Both the position numbers and the translations under genes were made by a program. A stretch of DNA of 64,000 nt from Peribolospora baueri (lineage: Eukaryota), in NCBI GenBank assembly GCA_029717555.1, contig JAMDHS010000032.1, positions 124,001-188,000 of the forward strand, written 5' to 3'. Below the pieces are notes generated by a model. It saw only the letters and a list, made by a program, of their open reading frames with translations. It did no database searches and was not told the DNA's origin. Each line of letters starts with the position of its first letter. Within the stretch, counting starts at the first letter, position 1. Shown piece after piece: positions 37,178-49,800 of this stretch.

Positions 37178-38530
37178 TCAGCGCCCCGGCCTCGGCGGCG
37201 GCGGCGACCCCGATTCGTCGACCAAGAGCGCGGTGAGCTCATCGAGAAAGGCCGGAAAGAGCTGATAAGGCGGGTACTGGGGGTGATGTTCGGGATGTGG
37301 GTGCGACGGCGGCGGCGGCGGCGACAGGTGTGGAGGAAGCGACTGTGGTTGTTGGGCGTCGTGTTGCAGCGAGGACTCGAAGGAGTGCTGCATCTCTGGT
37401 GAGATCTGTTCCGTCGAGCTGCTTCCCCACGCCGATGGGAGTTGCTCGAACCGTTGCACATCAGGCGAGACGTGTCCGACGGGCGTGGGCGTAGAAAGGC
37501 TGGAGGTGGAGAGAGTGGAGGTGGACGAAAGTGGGGCCATACCAGAAGGAGAATACGTGGGAGGTACATCATGACCTCCTCCTGATTGAGCGAGCAGAGC
37601 GACAAAGTCGACAGGGAAGTGTGAGGGTGAATCGACGACGGGCGACTCGACGACGCCGTCGCTGCCGCCGACACTACCGGAAAAGGAGTAGGAGTGCGAA
37701 GGCAGCTCGATGTCGGTCCTTCCCGGAAACGAATAGGAGAGCATCATTGGCTCGGAGCCGGCGAGTTGGGAGGGGGCCGAGATGGCCGTGAGCTGGTAGG
37801 AAGGGTGGGAGGTGACTGCGCCCGTGGCAGGGACGTAGGTGTAGGCGAGCGGCTCAGCGGAATAAGGGAGGCCGTAGTAAGGAGCGGTGGAGGGGCCATA
37901 TTCGGAATAGGTGAAGGCGCGAGAGGGTCGGGTCATAGGCCGGGAAATAGGCACGCTGGAAGGTACGACGTAGGAACGGGAGGCGGGCACGTTGGAAGGC
38001 ACCACGTAATTGGGTATGGTGGAGGCGGACATGGTCGAAGGCGGTATGGTGGACCAGGGGTGACCACCCCCAGGAGGCGCAGAGGGCGTGCAAGTAAGAA
38101 AAGGCGCCGACGAGTCCCCGGCGGAGGTGTTGGCCATGCCGCCGGAAGCTCCGACGTTCGAAGACGGGCCGGCTACGGGAGAAGAGGGGGGCGAGGAGCC
38201 GGAAGCGGACGCAGAGTTGCTCGAGGCGGCCGCGGCCTCCTTGGCCTTTTCCTTTCCCTTGCGACCCTTCCCTAGCCTGCCGATCCTGGACGCGCAGTGT
38301 GCCGTATGCCGATTGAGGAGGTCGCTGAAGCGAGACGAGAAGCCGAAAGAGCAGACGCAACGAGAAGCCAAAAGAGCAGACACAAAGACGTGAGTCGGAC
38401 ACGACTCGACGTCCAGACCTCGAACGGTCAAACCAGCTCACCTCCGAGAGAAGCCTTTGGTGCATGTCAGACACTTGTAAGGCTTGTCTCCGGTGTCTGG
38501 ACGACGGCGGAGTAAAAAAAAAAAAAACGA

Positions 38531-38589
<59 letters not shown>

Positions 38590-38755
38590 CTGTGTGAGAC
38601 CCAACGTCTTGACGATCCTTTCTCCACCTCCCTTCCCTCCGATCGACCTCTACTGCCCTTATCCACAGCTCTTGCTCGCTCGCTGCCTTTTCCCCACGGC
38701 TCCGACCACGTTCCCACAAAGCCGTTCAACGTCGCGCCGAACACGACCGACGTCG

Positions 38756-38807
<52 letters not shown>

Positions 38808-38920
38808 CCGCGGCCCCCACCCGCCAGTCATGCAAACTCACGAGATCGCATGTGCCGCGCGACATGCTGCTGCCGCGTAAACGTGGCTGGGCAGACGGGA
38901 CATTTATGCATGCCGACCAT
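37178..38920 (-). CDS. C2H2 zinc-finger transcription factor (two N-terminal fingers, low-complexity tail)
   Basis: Introns 38497-38841 and 38325-38441 give MVGMHKCPVCPATFTRQQHVARHMRS|HTGDKPYKCLTCTKGFSRS|DLLNRHTAHC, with a TGDKPY linker. Confidence 0.88.
38514..38589. repeat. A14 plus (GAAA)15 microsatellite in intron 1 of the zinc-finger gene
   Basis: Directly visible. Confidence 0.92.
38756..38805. repeat. C50 homopolymer (G50 on the sense strand) in intron 1 of the zinc-finger gene
   Basis: Directly visible; exact length may be affected by sequencing error. Confidence 0.9.
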
Positions 38921-41900
38921 GGTTGATTGGTCTTTTCGGAGAGGTCGTATGAATTTCGACCAGAGAGGAAGAGGTGATCGACTGGAGGGAGGGAGACGGG
39001 GACGAATCGGCGGCGCCGAACGACCAAGGCCGGAGGGGGCCGACCCGTCGGAGGAAGGGGGAATGGAGAGGGGGGGAGGAAGGGAGTTCGCCACGCGCTG
39101 TTGAGGCGCGGTGGGATGGCAGCGGTGTCGGGAGGGTGATCGATGGCGCGACGGGTGGAGGTGGAGAGGCGGTGGAAAGGTGGAGCGGGTCAGCTTAAGT
39201 ACAGAGTGGGGCGACGGACTGGTGAAGAGACGTTATCTGGTGTGTCGAAGGGGTCCAGCGACTGAAGCCGCGCGAATAAGTCCGGATCGAGGAGAGGGCC
39301 CTGATAGAAGGGCCGAAGCCGGCGGCGGCGTGAAGAAGGCAAAATGGACGGGGCACGGGTAGGAAGGTATGGAGAGTAGGAGGAAGAGTAGGACCGGCGG
39401 ACGCAGCGGCTTCAAGCCGATGACGACACTTGAGCCGGGACGACCGACTAGTCGTGCCGTGGGATCTGCCGCACAGGCGGGCCGAACTGGGCCGTTCGTT
39501 ACGGTTACGTCAAGCGGCGACGGAAGAGTAGGGGCGGCAAGGCAAGGCGAGCGAGCGAGCGAGCGAGTGCGAGCGCGAGCGTCGTCCGACGTCCGACCAC
39601 CTTCCCTCCGTCCTTCCTTCCTCGATCCCTGCGTCACGCCGCGGGCGGCCCACGCGCTGCTTCGTTCGCTGCCGCGGGGCCCGACTGGGTCGGGTCAGCT
39701 TGCGCTGCTTGTGGAAGGACGGGCACCTGGTCTGGTATCGCGTGATCAGTTAAGGGTAGGACAGTTAGGACGGCGGAAGGGGAGGCAAGTTTGCCCAGAA
39801 GGAGTGGCCGCGACGAGGGCTGGCGGGGGCTAGAGCTAGCGTAGGCACGTAAGTCGAGCCGCATCGAGAGGAGGACAGGATGGACGGAAGGACGAGTGAG
39901 GCCGTGCCGCGGACGGGCGGGCGAAGGCAGAGAAGAGGAGACGGGCGTCAAGGGGACTAAAAACGAGGGTGGTGGGCAGAAGGAGGAGGCGGAGGAGGAG
40001 GAAGGACGACGTTGCGGGGAGAGACGGGGTGCGGTGGTGATAGATGGACCTGCTGATCAGCCGGGCGGCGTAGAGTTAGCATTAACAAGAGCAAGAGCCG
40101 CTTGTTTGGTTTGGCTCTGTTTGCTCGGTCGCCACCGCCGTCGGATCCGACTTGCTCGAGCGACCGCCACGGGACGGCGCCGAGCGCGGATACATAGCAA
40201 GAGGCCACGAGCAAGGCAGGGCAAAACGAAGCGACGGCACAAGGGTCGCGACGATAAGGACGGAGATGCGACGGCGACGCGGAGGCGGACCATGTATGTC
40301 CCCGGCGCCGACCATCGTCGGCCGAACCGACGCGAACGGAGCGGTTCAACCGCGGACGGCGGAGCGGTAGCGATCGAACGGAGGGCGACCCGTGCAAGCA
40401 AGTTGCAGTTGGCGATAGTCGGGCGACAGGAGACGGACAGAGTAGAGCAGAGCAACGAGCGATAGAACCAAGGGACACAACCACATGGTCAGTCGGCCCG
40501 GCGCTAAAACGTCGTAGGACCGGAAGAGCAGAGTAGGACCCGATGCCGACGCACGTCTGTCCCACTTACGCACCGATACGCAGACACGACAGGTTGCACA
40601 CGGGGGAACAAGAGGAAGACCGACGATGGGCGTCAAGGCTACGGCGCGGATGTCGTGGAGGCGCCGAGGAAGAGGGCGCGCAGGGACGGACGGAGGAGGG
40701 ATGCAGGCGGGCGACGACCGGGTTGATCAAAGTCGTCGAAAAAGGGACGCCTCCAAGCGGGGTCCAACGATCACCGCTCGGCGCCGAATACGACGGCGGA
40801 CGAGGGCGTCCGTGCGCCCGGTGTCCGTCTGTCAGAGCCTCCGTCGACGTCGCAGCAGGCAGGCAGGCGGTCGATAAGGACGTGGGCGGCGGATGGTGTC
40901 ATCCTCATCCGCCCACACGAGCGTCGCCAGAGGTCAGCCGAAGGAGGGAGCAACCTTCGGCGCGGTCCGACCAGCGAGCGTCGACGAGCTTTCCTCTCTG
41001 GGACGCATACGTAGCGGCAGGCAGATGGACGGCATATACATCCGTCCGTCCGTCCGTCCGTCCGTCCGTCCGTCCACACACGACACACACAGATGTAAGC
41101 AGTGAGAGCCGCTGCCTCGTCACGGCTAGACAGTCTGCAGAGACGAGAGCTTTCGCCATGTTCGCAGTGGTAGGCTAGAGGGACCGACGCCGATCGATCA
41201 TGGACGTACACCCGGCCCGTTCACTCGGCCCCCCCGGCCCCCCTTGGCCTTGGCCGGTCGTTGGAACCAAGGGCTGGCAGTACCCGGTTGACAAAGGTGC
41301 CAAGGACAGGTCGATCCGAAACCTCGGGACTATCTATCTATCCCCCACCCGGTTCGTTTCCCCCCGCTTTCCCTCGACGGGCGGCGGCGACGCGCGCCTA
41401 CCTCGTCCGTCTGTCTGACCCCCCTCTTGTGTCTCCGGGTCGGACGGCCTTCTCAGACAGGCGAGGCGACGAGCAGGGGCGAAGCAGGCCGGGAGCTCGG
41501 CGATCGCGAAGAGGACGAAGGGAGGGGAGGGGACGAATATCCGGTCTGTTTTACACATCGCCGACGTTGCTAGCTGACTAGCGTACCCCCTCCCTCCCTT
41601 GCCGTTGTCTTCTTCTTGCCTTGGGCGCAGTGAACGCCGGTCGGTCGTCCTTCCCGGCGGCTGCGGCTGCCCTCAGCGGCCCTGGGTGTAATCACGTCCT
41701 CCGTCCCTCAGCCCTCGACTGCGGCGGCGCCCGGCCGCCCGTGTTAGTTAGGGGGCCATCCGCTGGCCTTGCTGGCTTGCATACAGCTGCCCACCTAGCT
41801 ACTGGAGCTAGCTAGCTAAGCCCGCTGAGCGCCCGCTGAGCGCCCCCAGCACCCACCCGCTCGGTTCTAACTAGGCTCGACCTCGTCAGCAGCCGCCCCC

Positions 41901-42928
41901 CGCCCGGCCGTCTTGGCTAACTACTGTAGTCCGTCACGTCTTCTGCTTAGTTGGCGCTCTACGTACGTCGCCCGCCCCCCCGCCCGCCTGCCGAACTCGG
42001 CGCTGTGGATCGATGGATGGACGCCCTCACGCCGATATCCGCCGGCTCCACGCGGAAGGCGGGACGCGACCGCGTTATGGGCGCCGTCGAGGGCGCCGTC
42101 GAGGGCGCAGCAGAGGGACGGCGGAGGCGTGCCCCCGTGTGAGCGCATAGGCGCTCGTGGTGGTCACCTGCTGTTCAGATGGGGCAGCCAGGAGCGACGC
42201 GAGCGGCGAGGAACGCTCGGTCGTCGATCACTGTTTTTTCCACACTCCTCGTTCCGCACGATCGATCGATTCATGCGCTCCATCAGGGTCGCGGCCCGCA
42301 GGGACTTGGGTGTGTGCATGAGATCACGTCTTTCGACGGAACGTTAGGCGGCCAGGGGGGGCGTAGAAGATACAGCGCGAGAGGCGAGAGAGAGAGCGAG
42401 GAGGAGGAGAGCTGGTCAGAGTACACGGACAGCGACAACCCCGGCGCTGCGGCCGACGTTGGTCAAACAGGCAACCCTAATGCTTTTTTTTGGCCCTCGT
42501 TCGTGGGACGGGGCGCACACTTACAGTCAGTCGCCGACGTTCCGCGTATTCGGCCCCTTCGAAGGCGCTTCCGTCTCGAAGCGCTCGCCAAGCATGTGCT
42601 TCGAGCCCTGGAATCGATACATCGATAACTCATATCCTGCCAGGAATCTTCGCCGTCTAGCTTTTTAGTCGTGTCCTCGACGCACCGCGCCGCGGGCCCG
42701 CTCGCGGCTTTGCTCTCTGACGTCTTCCATTACTCTCCGGGGCCCGTCGCGCCCTCTGCGCCGCCGCTCGCGTGCCTCGCTCTGAGACCCGACTCGCCTG
42801 GCTGCCGTCCCCCGTCCCGCGCGCACAGTCAAGTGTTGTCTGTCAGACGAGGCGAATCCCGATCAGACACGCAGTCACTCGCTGCAACGGCACCTTGGTC
42901 GTGTCAGCGACGGCGAACGCGAAGCGCC

Positions 42929-42960
<32 letters not shown>

Positions 42961-43813
42961 CCTTGTGTCGTTGACACACCCTCTATTACTTACCCGCGCC
43001 CCGTTCAGACACGCACGCAATCGGCATACATACATACATACAGTTCGGGTGCGCCTCCTCGAGGCGGGAGCTGACGTTCTGCAAGAAATCCCTCGGGACG
43101 GCCGGCCCAACCCAACAACGTGGAGTCAACGCTTTTTCCCAACGACGCCCGCGTGTCTCGTCGCCGACTTGCCCGACGTACCCGGCGTGCCCGCATGTCT
43201 GAGCAGACCACTGTACCCGATCCAATGCCGAAACGAAATTAGTCAAATCGAAAACGGTCCCCCAAGTCACGCGGTTCAGCTTCCTCGACACGCGCTTAGC
43301 AATGTCTTCCGCCCGCTTCGGTCCTTTCGGCCGCCCCCTGTCAAGGTTTGCTATACGGTCCGATCCGATCCCATGCCACGCACGCGCCTGGGACGGGACT
43401 TGTGGTGGTGACGTTGCCCATGTCCTTGCCTCCGCGTCTGTGCTTCTTCTTTCTCTACGCCGCCTCGAAGCTCGCGGGAAGAAGAAGAAGAAGAAGAAGG
43501 GAGAGACGGGCGGCGTCCATCTAGAGGATCTCCAGGTATCTGCCGCAAGGACGGCCCAACGCTCGTTGTCCCCCACGGCCACCGCTCCTCCGATCTCTTC
43601 CCGTTGCTCTTCACCTCGTGGCTCACTCACGCCTTAGCGCGCGAAGAAGGAGAATCTAAGTCCGGCCCGAGAGAAAGAAGAACATGTCGCGTTTCAGTCC
43701 AACCACTAGCGTACCTACACGAGTCAATCAAGGCCCTCCATTTCCCGTCTTTCTCTCTTCTTATCCATCGATTCTTGAAAAATTTCCTTGAGACGGTATC
43801 ATCGGTGACCCAT

Positions 43814-46244
43814 CTAAATCTTAGCCTTCCCGAACATCGAGTCCATATCTCCGCGGGCCCAAGATGCGAGGAGGACGCCCTGGGGGCCGTGGACGGGGTA
43901 GGGGGGGGGGGGGCCAACCGTGGCGGCGTGAGGTTAATCATTCAGTCAATACTCGACTCGGGCCGACCCGACTTCGTCTTCGGCGTCGAGGCCGATCTCG
44001 GACTCACCGCGAGCGCCGTCTTGGCCGGCACCTTGATCCCTTTGACCTTGTCCTTGGCGTCCACGGCGGCGCTGCTCTCGTCCTTGGCGACGACCTTGCC
44101 AGCGCCCTCCTCGCCTTTATCGACCATCTGCTTCTTCGCACCGTTCCCCTCGGCGTCCACCAGGGCTTTCACGTTCGCGTCCATCCCTTCCAGGTCCTTT
44201 TGCGTGAGCGCCGAGTTGCCTGAGCGCTGCAGGGCTGCGACCACCTCAGCGCGGGAGAAGAAACGAGCGTCTATGGAGGCGGACGGAGAGAGAGAGAGAA
44301 CGACGGAAGAAAGAGGTGAGTCATCCACAAAGGCCAGGCCAAAACGATGTCGATCGAAAGAGGACGACAGCGGGGGCCAACTGACCTTCCAACTCGTTGT
44401 CCAGGTCCAGACGGATCTTTTCACCGGGCACTGCTTCGGCAAACAGGCCAGCCATCATGTTGGCCGGGAAAGGCCAAGGCTGATTCGTTGGTTCCGACAG
44501 TCCGTCAGCCTCGGACGCGAAAGAAAGAGAAAGCGTTGCGCGGCTCACGACCAGTCCAGGTGAGCAGTTCAGCCGCCGTGTCCTTCACCCACCTGACTCG
44601 AGTGATAGACAATCTTTCCAAGCTGGATTCCAGCCTCTTCGAGCACCTCGCGACGCACCGCCTGCTCGAGCGCCTCTCCCGGCTCGACGAAGCCGGCGAG
44701 GCACGAGTAGAAGCCTATCGATGCGAGAGCGCGCGTCCGCATGGAGACGAACGGCAACGTTGCACAGGTCAGGACACCGTAACTTATACCAAAGTGTACA
44801 CGCATGAATTCGCAGACAAACGACGCTGCATAGACACTCGCCTTTGGGCCAAGTCTTCTGACGACCGAGGAGGACCTTGTCGTTTTCCGGCGAGACGATG
44901 GCCATAATGATGACCGGATCGGTGCGCGGGTAGTTGTAGTTTTGCAAGCCTTTCCTGTGGCGGCACGGAGTCAGCGGAGGAAAGGGAAAAAATAGGTCTG
45001 AATGAGCCGTCACGCTCGCCGATTTGAGCTAGTCAACAGCCACCCGCTACCAAACGATCTGCTCACCCGCTGGGGCACTCGCGTACATGCTCGCTCCCCT
45101 TGGCCATGGCCTCCAACGCGGAGCCATGAGCCGCGGAGCCGAGCAGAGAGATGCAAGAGCGCTTGTATCCTCCCCATAGAGCGTACATGCGACTGGCACA
45201 TCCTGGACAGTACTAGGTCGGGATGGGGCGTGTATAAAATGGGAACGGGACGTGAGCGGACGCACACAAACATAGGGGAGGCGGTATGCCTGAGGGCTCA
45301 CTGTGTTACGCTCGTTCCAGTCGATCAAGCTCCTGGCCTGTGCGACGACACCGGCGTCGTGGTCGTCCCAAGTGCCGGCCGTCAGGCTGCGCGTGTCCAC
45401 AAAGTTGTACTTTCCGGTCTTCTCGAGCTTCTGGAGCAGCTCTTGGACCGGTGACTCTGTGTTCACGTCCACCTCCGGGGCGCGGTAGGTGAGGGAGAGA
45501 GCAAAATAAGGCGTTCCCGTCGGCGCGCTGGCGCTGGCGTTCGTGTTAGTGCCCGAGGCAGCCGCCGAAGAGGCGGGCTGGCCGGGGAGCGAGTCTGCAC
45601 CCGTCGCTGACTCGTCAATGCCGAGGAAGACGAGCGCGAGCTGAGGAGGAACAAGGCCCTCGGTTTGCTTCTTCACGTCGACGTTGGGACCAGCACCCAC
45701 GCTGTCGTCGATCAGAGAGCCCTTCGGTCCGAAAACTTCGCATTTGCTCGCATCCTGTCCCCGCAGCGCCGGAGGAAGGGAGCCAAGGACGGCGGGGGCG
45801 ACGTCGGACCAGGAGAGAGTAGCGAGCTTTCCATTGAGAGGAGAGGACTCGTCAGCGTGCGCGAGAGGGTTGAGGTTCTTCAGAAGGACGAAGCGAGTGG
45901 TCGGCTGGGTGAGGGTGGAGGTCAGGAAGCTCGCGTTCTGGCGCAACCAGGATAGCCTAGAGAGGACGAAAATGGAACGGCGGAGAGAGGCAGGATGACG
46001 ACGCCCGACTCAGTCTAGCATGCTCGCGTCTTCCCTATCTCTCCCCATGCGAGCCCCAAAGATAAGCCTAACCTGTTAAGCCTTGAACCCGCGTAAAAGT
46101 TAACTGCATGAAGCGCAAAGATCGGCTGAGTTCAAAATTGAGCCTGGGGGCGATCGGATACGATCAAGGCTTGTGCGCCTGCCTGCGGCTATGGCCTCAC
46201 TGCACAAGCATCACGCGGATAAAATGCGTACCTGTCTGTGCCAT
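43814..46244 (-). CDS. NPY1: NADH pyrophosphatase (Nudix, NudC/Npy1 family)
   Basis: Spliced start [20 protein letters not shown]. Motifs [11 protein letters not shown] and [10 protein letters not shown], Nudix box [24 protein letters not shown], and SQ|PWPFP signature. Last exon [21 protein letters not shown]. Confidence 0.92.
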
Positions 46245-46344
46245 CTTGAGCGCGTTTCCTCTAAATCGTACGTCTTTTACGAATGGATGCAGGGGCAAGA
46301 GGAGTGGAGGAGGCACGGAGACGGCCGGGAATCGTGCGTGCCTG

Positions 46345-46461
46345 GTCACGTGGATGCCCCGCTTTTCATTTGTTTCATCGTGCATTCCTGATCACACGTC
46401 GCTCTCCTCCTATCCCCTCCTATCTCCTCCTATTCCTTTTGCTTCAATCGCATGTCACGTG
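46345..46461. promoter_or_regulatory. Two GTCACGTG E-boxes in the NPY1/RasGEF divergent promoter
   Basis: GTCACGTG at 46345 and 46454. Confidence 0.45.
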
Positions 46462-46830
46462 CCGCGGGTTTAGATATCGCCGTTGTTGCCCCCTTCGCGT
46501 ACCTGCGTTGGGAGTAAGAGCGCGTGCGGACTGCGGCACCCTATTCAGCGCCTGGACAGAATCTATCGCGAGGCTCCACTTGGCGACTCTCCAGTGCACC
46601 GTCCACCATCTTCCTTTCCGGTCGCTCGTCTCTTCTCGCGACGCGCGAGCATTCGTGCTCTTCACCCACCCATCGCATCCCAGGCGTTGGACACGCCTCG
46701 TCTCACGTCGCATCTCCACTCACCTCACCCCACCCAGACCTGTACGCGTCCCTTCAACGATTCCTCTCGGCACGCTCGGCTGTTTTCCCGCGCGCGCTGC
46801 CCCTATCGCTCCAGGTCGAAGCATTCGCGT

Positions 46831-49800
46831 ATGACTCCCTCAGCTACCCCTTCCGTACCCCCTCGCCGCCGGCCTTCCTATGTCTTCTGGGATCGGACGC
46901 GCAAATCTTCGGGCTCTTCCGCCCACAACACCACCGCCGTCGAACCCGCTCCGGTGAAGGCGCTCCATGACGACGATGCGCAGCAGGCTGCTCAAGACCC
47001 GGCGTTCGGCGACATGCACAAAGTTGCGTCGGCGACTGCGACTTCCGGACCGTCTGATGGTCTCGGCAACGTTGAAGGCGGCGCGAATGGGGGCAATCAG
47101 GACTTCGACGAGGAACTGGACTGGAAAGAGCGGAGGGAATTGGCCATGCAAGTGGCCGTCGGGCTGACGGCTCCGCAGGCGGCTGGAAGTGGGAATGGGG
47201 ATGAAGGCGATGGCGACTTTGGGCTGCCTCGACCTTCGTTCGACAGCTTCACATTCCCTTCCTTCGGTAGTTCGCCGCCGGCGTCGCTCCAAAATGACGT
47301 CGGCGCAGGTCAGGAAGGCTCCGCGCAGCTGGTAACGGCGGACGCTAGGGCGCACCCGCAGCTTCAACATGTCTTCGGCGTTCCTCGCCTCTTCACCGTT
47401 CCGCCGTCGCCCGAGAACCCCTCGTCGGCACGGGCTCATCGCGATCCTCGCACTAGTCGGCAAAGTGTCCTGAATCCTTCTGGGAGGGATAGGAGCGGCT
47501 CTTTGGGGCATATTGACGAGCTGCGCTCGCGAGGCGGACGCTACGAGCGCCCTCACGACGGCCGTCAAAACTCTCATGCTCCCGGCATGAGCGTCGACGG
47601 CGGTCGCCCGATCTCCCCCAGCGCTGCCAGCGTGTCCGAGACGGAGACTTTCATACACGAATTGCGCCAAGCGAAACGTCCTCACCAAGGGATAGTGGGT
47701 GCAGACGAAGCGGGCATGAGCTTCAGTGCGGACGAAGGCGACGAGTACACCGATGATGATGGCGAGTATGACATTTCGTACGCAAGCCAAACGGAGGTTG
47801 ATGTTGCCCAAGGCAAAGACACCCGAGCGTGGACGCGATATATGACGGACGAGGATGAGGATGCGACTCGATACGACTCAACTTCGCGTTCCACGCATCC
47901 CAGTGGGCTCACCCCTACCCCTGCAGATCCACACGCTGCGGTCACTCCGACGCCTGTTCAACCTTCCCCGCAGGCCAATAGGTCGCGCTCCGGTTCCTCC
48001 TCCTCTAGCCTTGGCCGTTCCGGTCAACAGCACGGCGCAAGGCAGGCGCCGGCCAACGATGAGGGCACCTCGCCGAGTGGAAGTGTGGTTGGGGATTCCA
48101 GTGGCGCCGGGAGCGTAGGCGGCAGCAACCACAAGGGAAGGTCGCGCGAGGGTAGCTCGGTCTCTGGAGCAGGAGGTAGTGGCGGTAGCGGAGCGGGAGG
48201 TGGCCGCTCCAGAAGCGGCAGTTCAGCAAGTCTGCTGAGAGAGATCGGCGTGCCCAAGAGCCAGGCGTCCTTCGTCATCGCCGTCGTGGGGCACCGCCAC
48301 GTCGGAAAGTCTACCGTGATCAGGAAGGGTCTCCGGCAATTTGGGCTAAGTAGGCCGGTCGTGCTGAGTGATCGCGGTGAGTGGCAGCGCTTCGGTTGGA
48401 ACCTACATTGTGTATATGCGCGCCCCTCATACTGTCACTTGTCTTATTTCACCCGTATGTCTGCAGTCACCTCTCATTCCACCGTCTGCGTCGTGGATTC
48501 TGAGCAGCGGACCATCGAAGTGCTCGAGATTGAAGCCTCTGTGCTACTCAGTGGCCCTGGCAAGCGTTTCGCTTGGCCCAAGTTCTTGCCTCGAATCGAT
48601 GCCGTCATTCTATGTTATGATGCTGGTAATATTGCCAGCTTCCGAGGCATGAGTGATCTTCTGGGTGAGTGTATGCTGTGGCGGGTGAGAACTTGACTCG
48701 GAGACCGGCTGAACGTGGCTTTGCGTCTCACTTGCAGAGGAGTTTGCCATGGCTAGCTTGACGACCGTCATGCTTGCTTGCAAGTCTGAGATCGTGCCCA
48801 AGGCGGTGGATCCATACTACGCTTCCGATATGGCATTTGTTTACAAGGTTGGGCTGGCAGAATGCACTGTCGAGAGCGAGGAGGGAAAAAGGAGGATGCG
48901 CGACTGCTTCTCTTATCTCGTCAAGGAGGTGGCCAAGTCCCGCAAGGGGATGGAGAAGAAAGACCACACGAACACGGCCTCTTCCCCCACGACGGGTTCG
49001 GCGTCTGGCGATGTCGGATTGAAGAGGGCGGGGGGCAAGAGCCTCAAGTCTGAGAGCTCCTTAGACTCATTGGCGTCCCAGCTGTCTAGCGCACCTTCTT
49101 CTTCTTTGCCCGTACTTCCTCGCAGCGATAGCCTTCCCCGGACTGCCGTCTCTTCCGCCCCACCAACGCTGGCAAATGCGCCCGGAGAAAGCCAGCAGGG
49201 TCAGCGAGCCACAACTTCTCCGGCAGCCGCCGCCGGTGTTCCTGGCGTTCCTGCATCTGCCTCGGACGAGACTGTCTCCGAAGATCCCTCCGCTGCTCGT
49301 GGGGCTCAGCCCAAGAAACACACCGATGCTGGATCGTCTTTGGCGGCCAGTGCCTATAGCGAGACGTCGTCTTCGGTTCACTATGGAGCAGAGCTAGGAG
49401 AGGATCCTGCTCTGAAGGAGGTCATGGAGAAGACGCGGAGGGGGATCCTCGAATCGTGAGTCTCGTATTCTTGCTCGACCATTTCGTTGGCTCGCGAACA
49501 TTTTCTCACCGTCTCTACCCCATCGCCATATTCCTCTTGGATGTGTGTACAGTCGAGCCAGCGGCGGATACGTCACCCTGGAAGAGCTTTGGGACAAGTT
49601 CTTCTTTGCTGGCGTCTCTAACAACGGTGAGCGATCTTGTGGTATGTGTCTCACCAGAGGCCGTTTATGACTCATTGTTCCGACTTCTTTCCAACAGACG
49701 AGCGCTTCGTGCATACTTTCTTGGTCTTCTATCGAGCGTTCACGCGCCCGATCGAACTTTTGAAGCAGATAGCCATTCGATTTGAGGACCTGGCTGGTCG

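Noticed and set aside
42472..42491. CAACCCTAA followed by a T run, resembling a telomerase RNA template
   Set aside because: Only 8 nt match the telomere permutation, which is expected by chance in 64 kb. I identified no supporting pseudoknot or boundary element.
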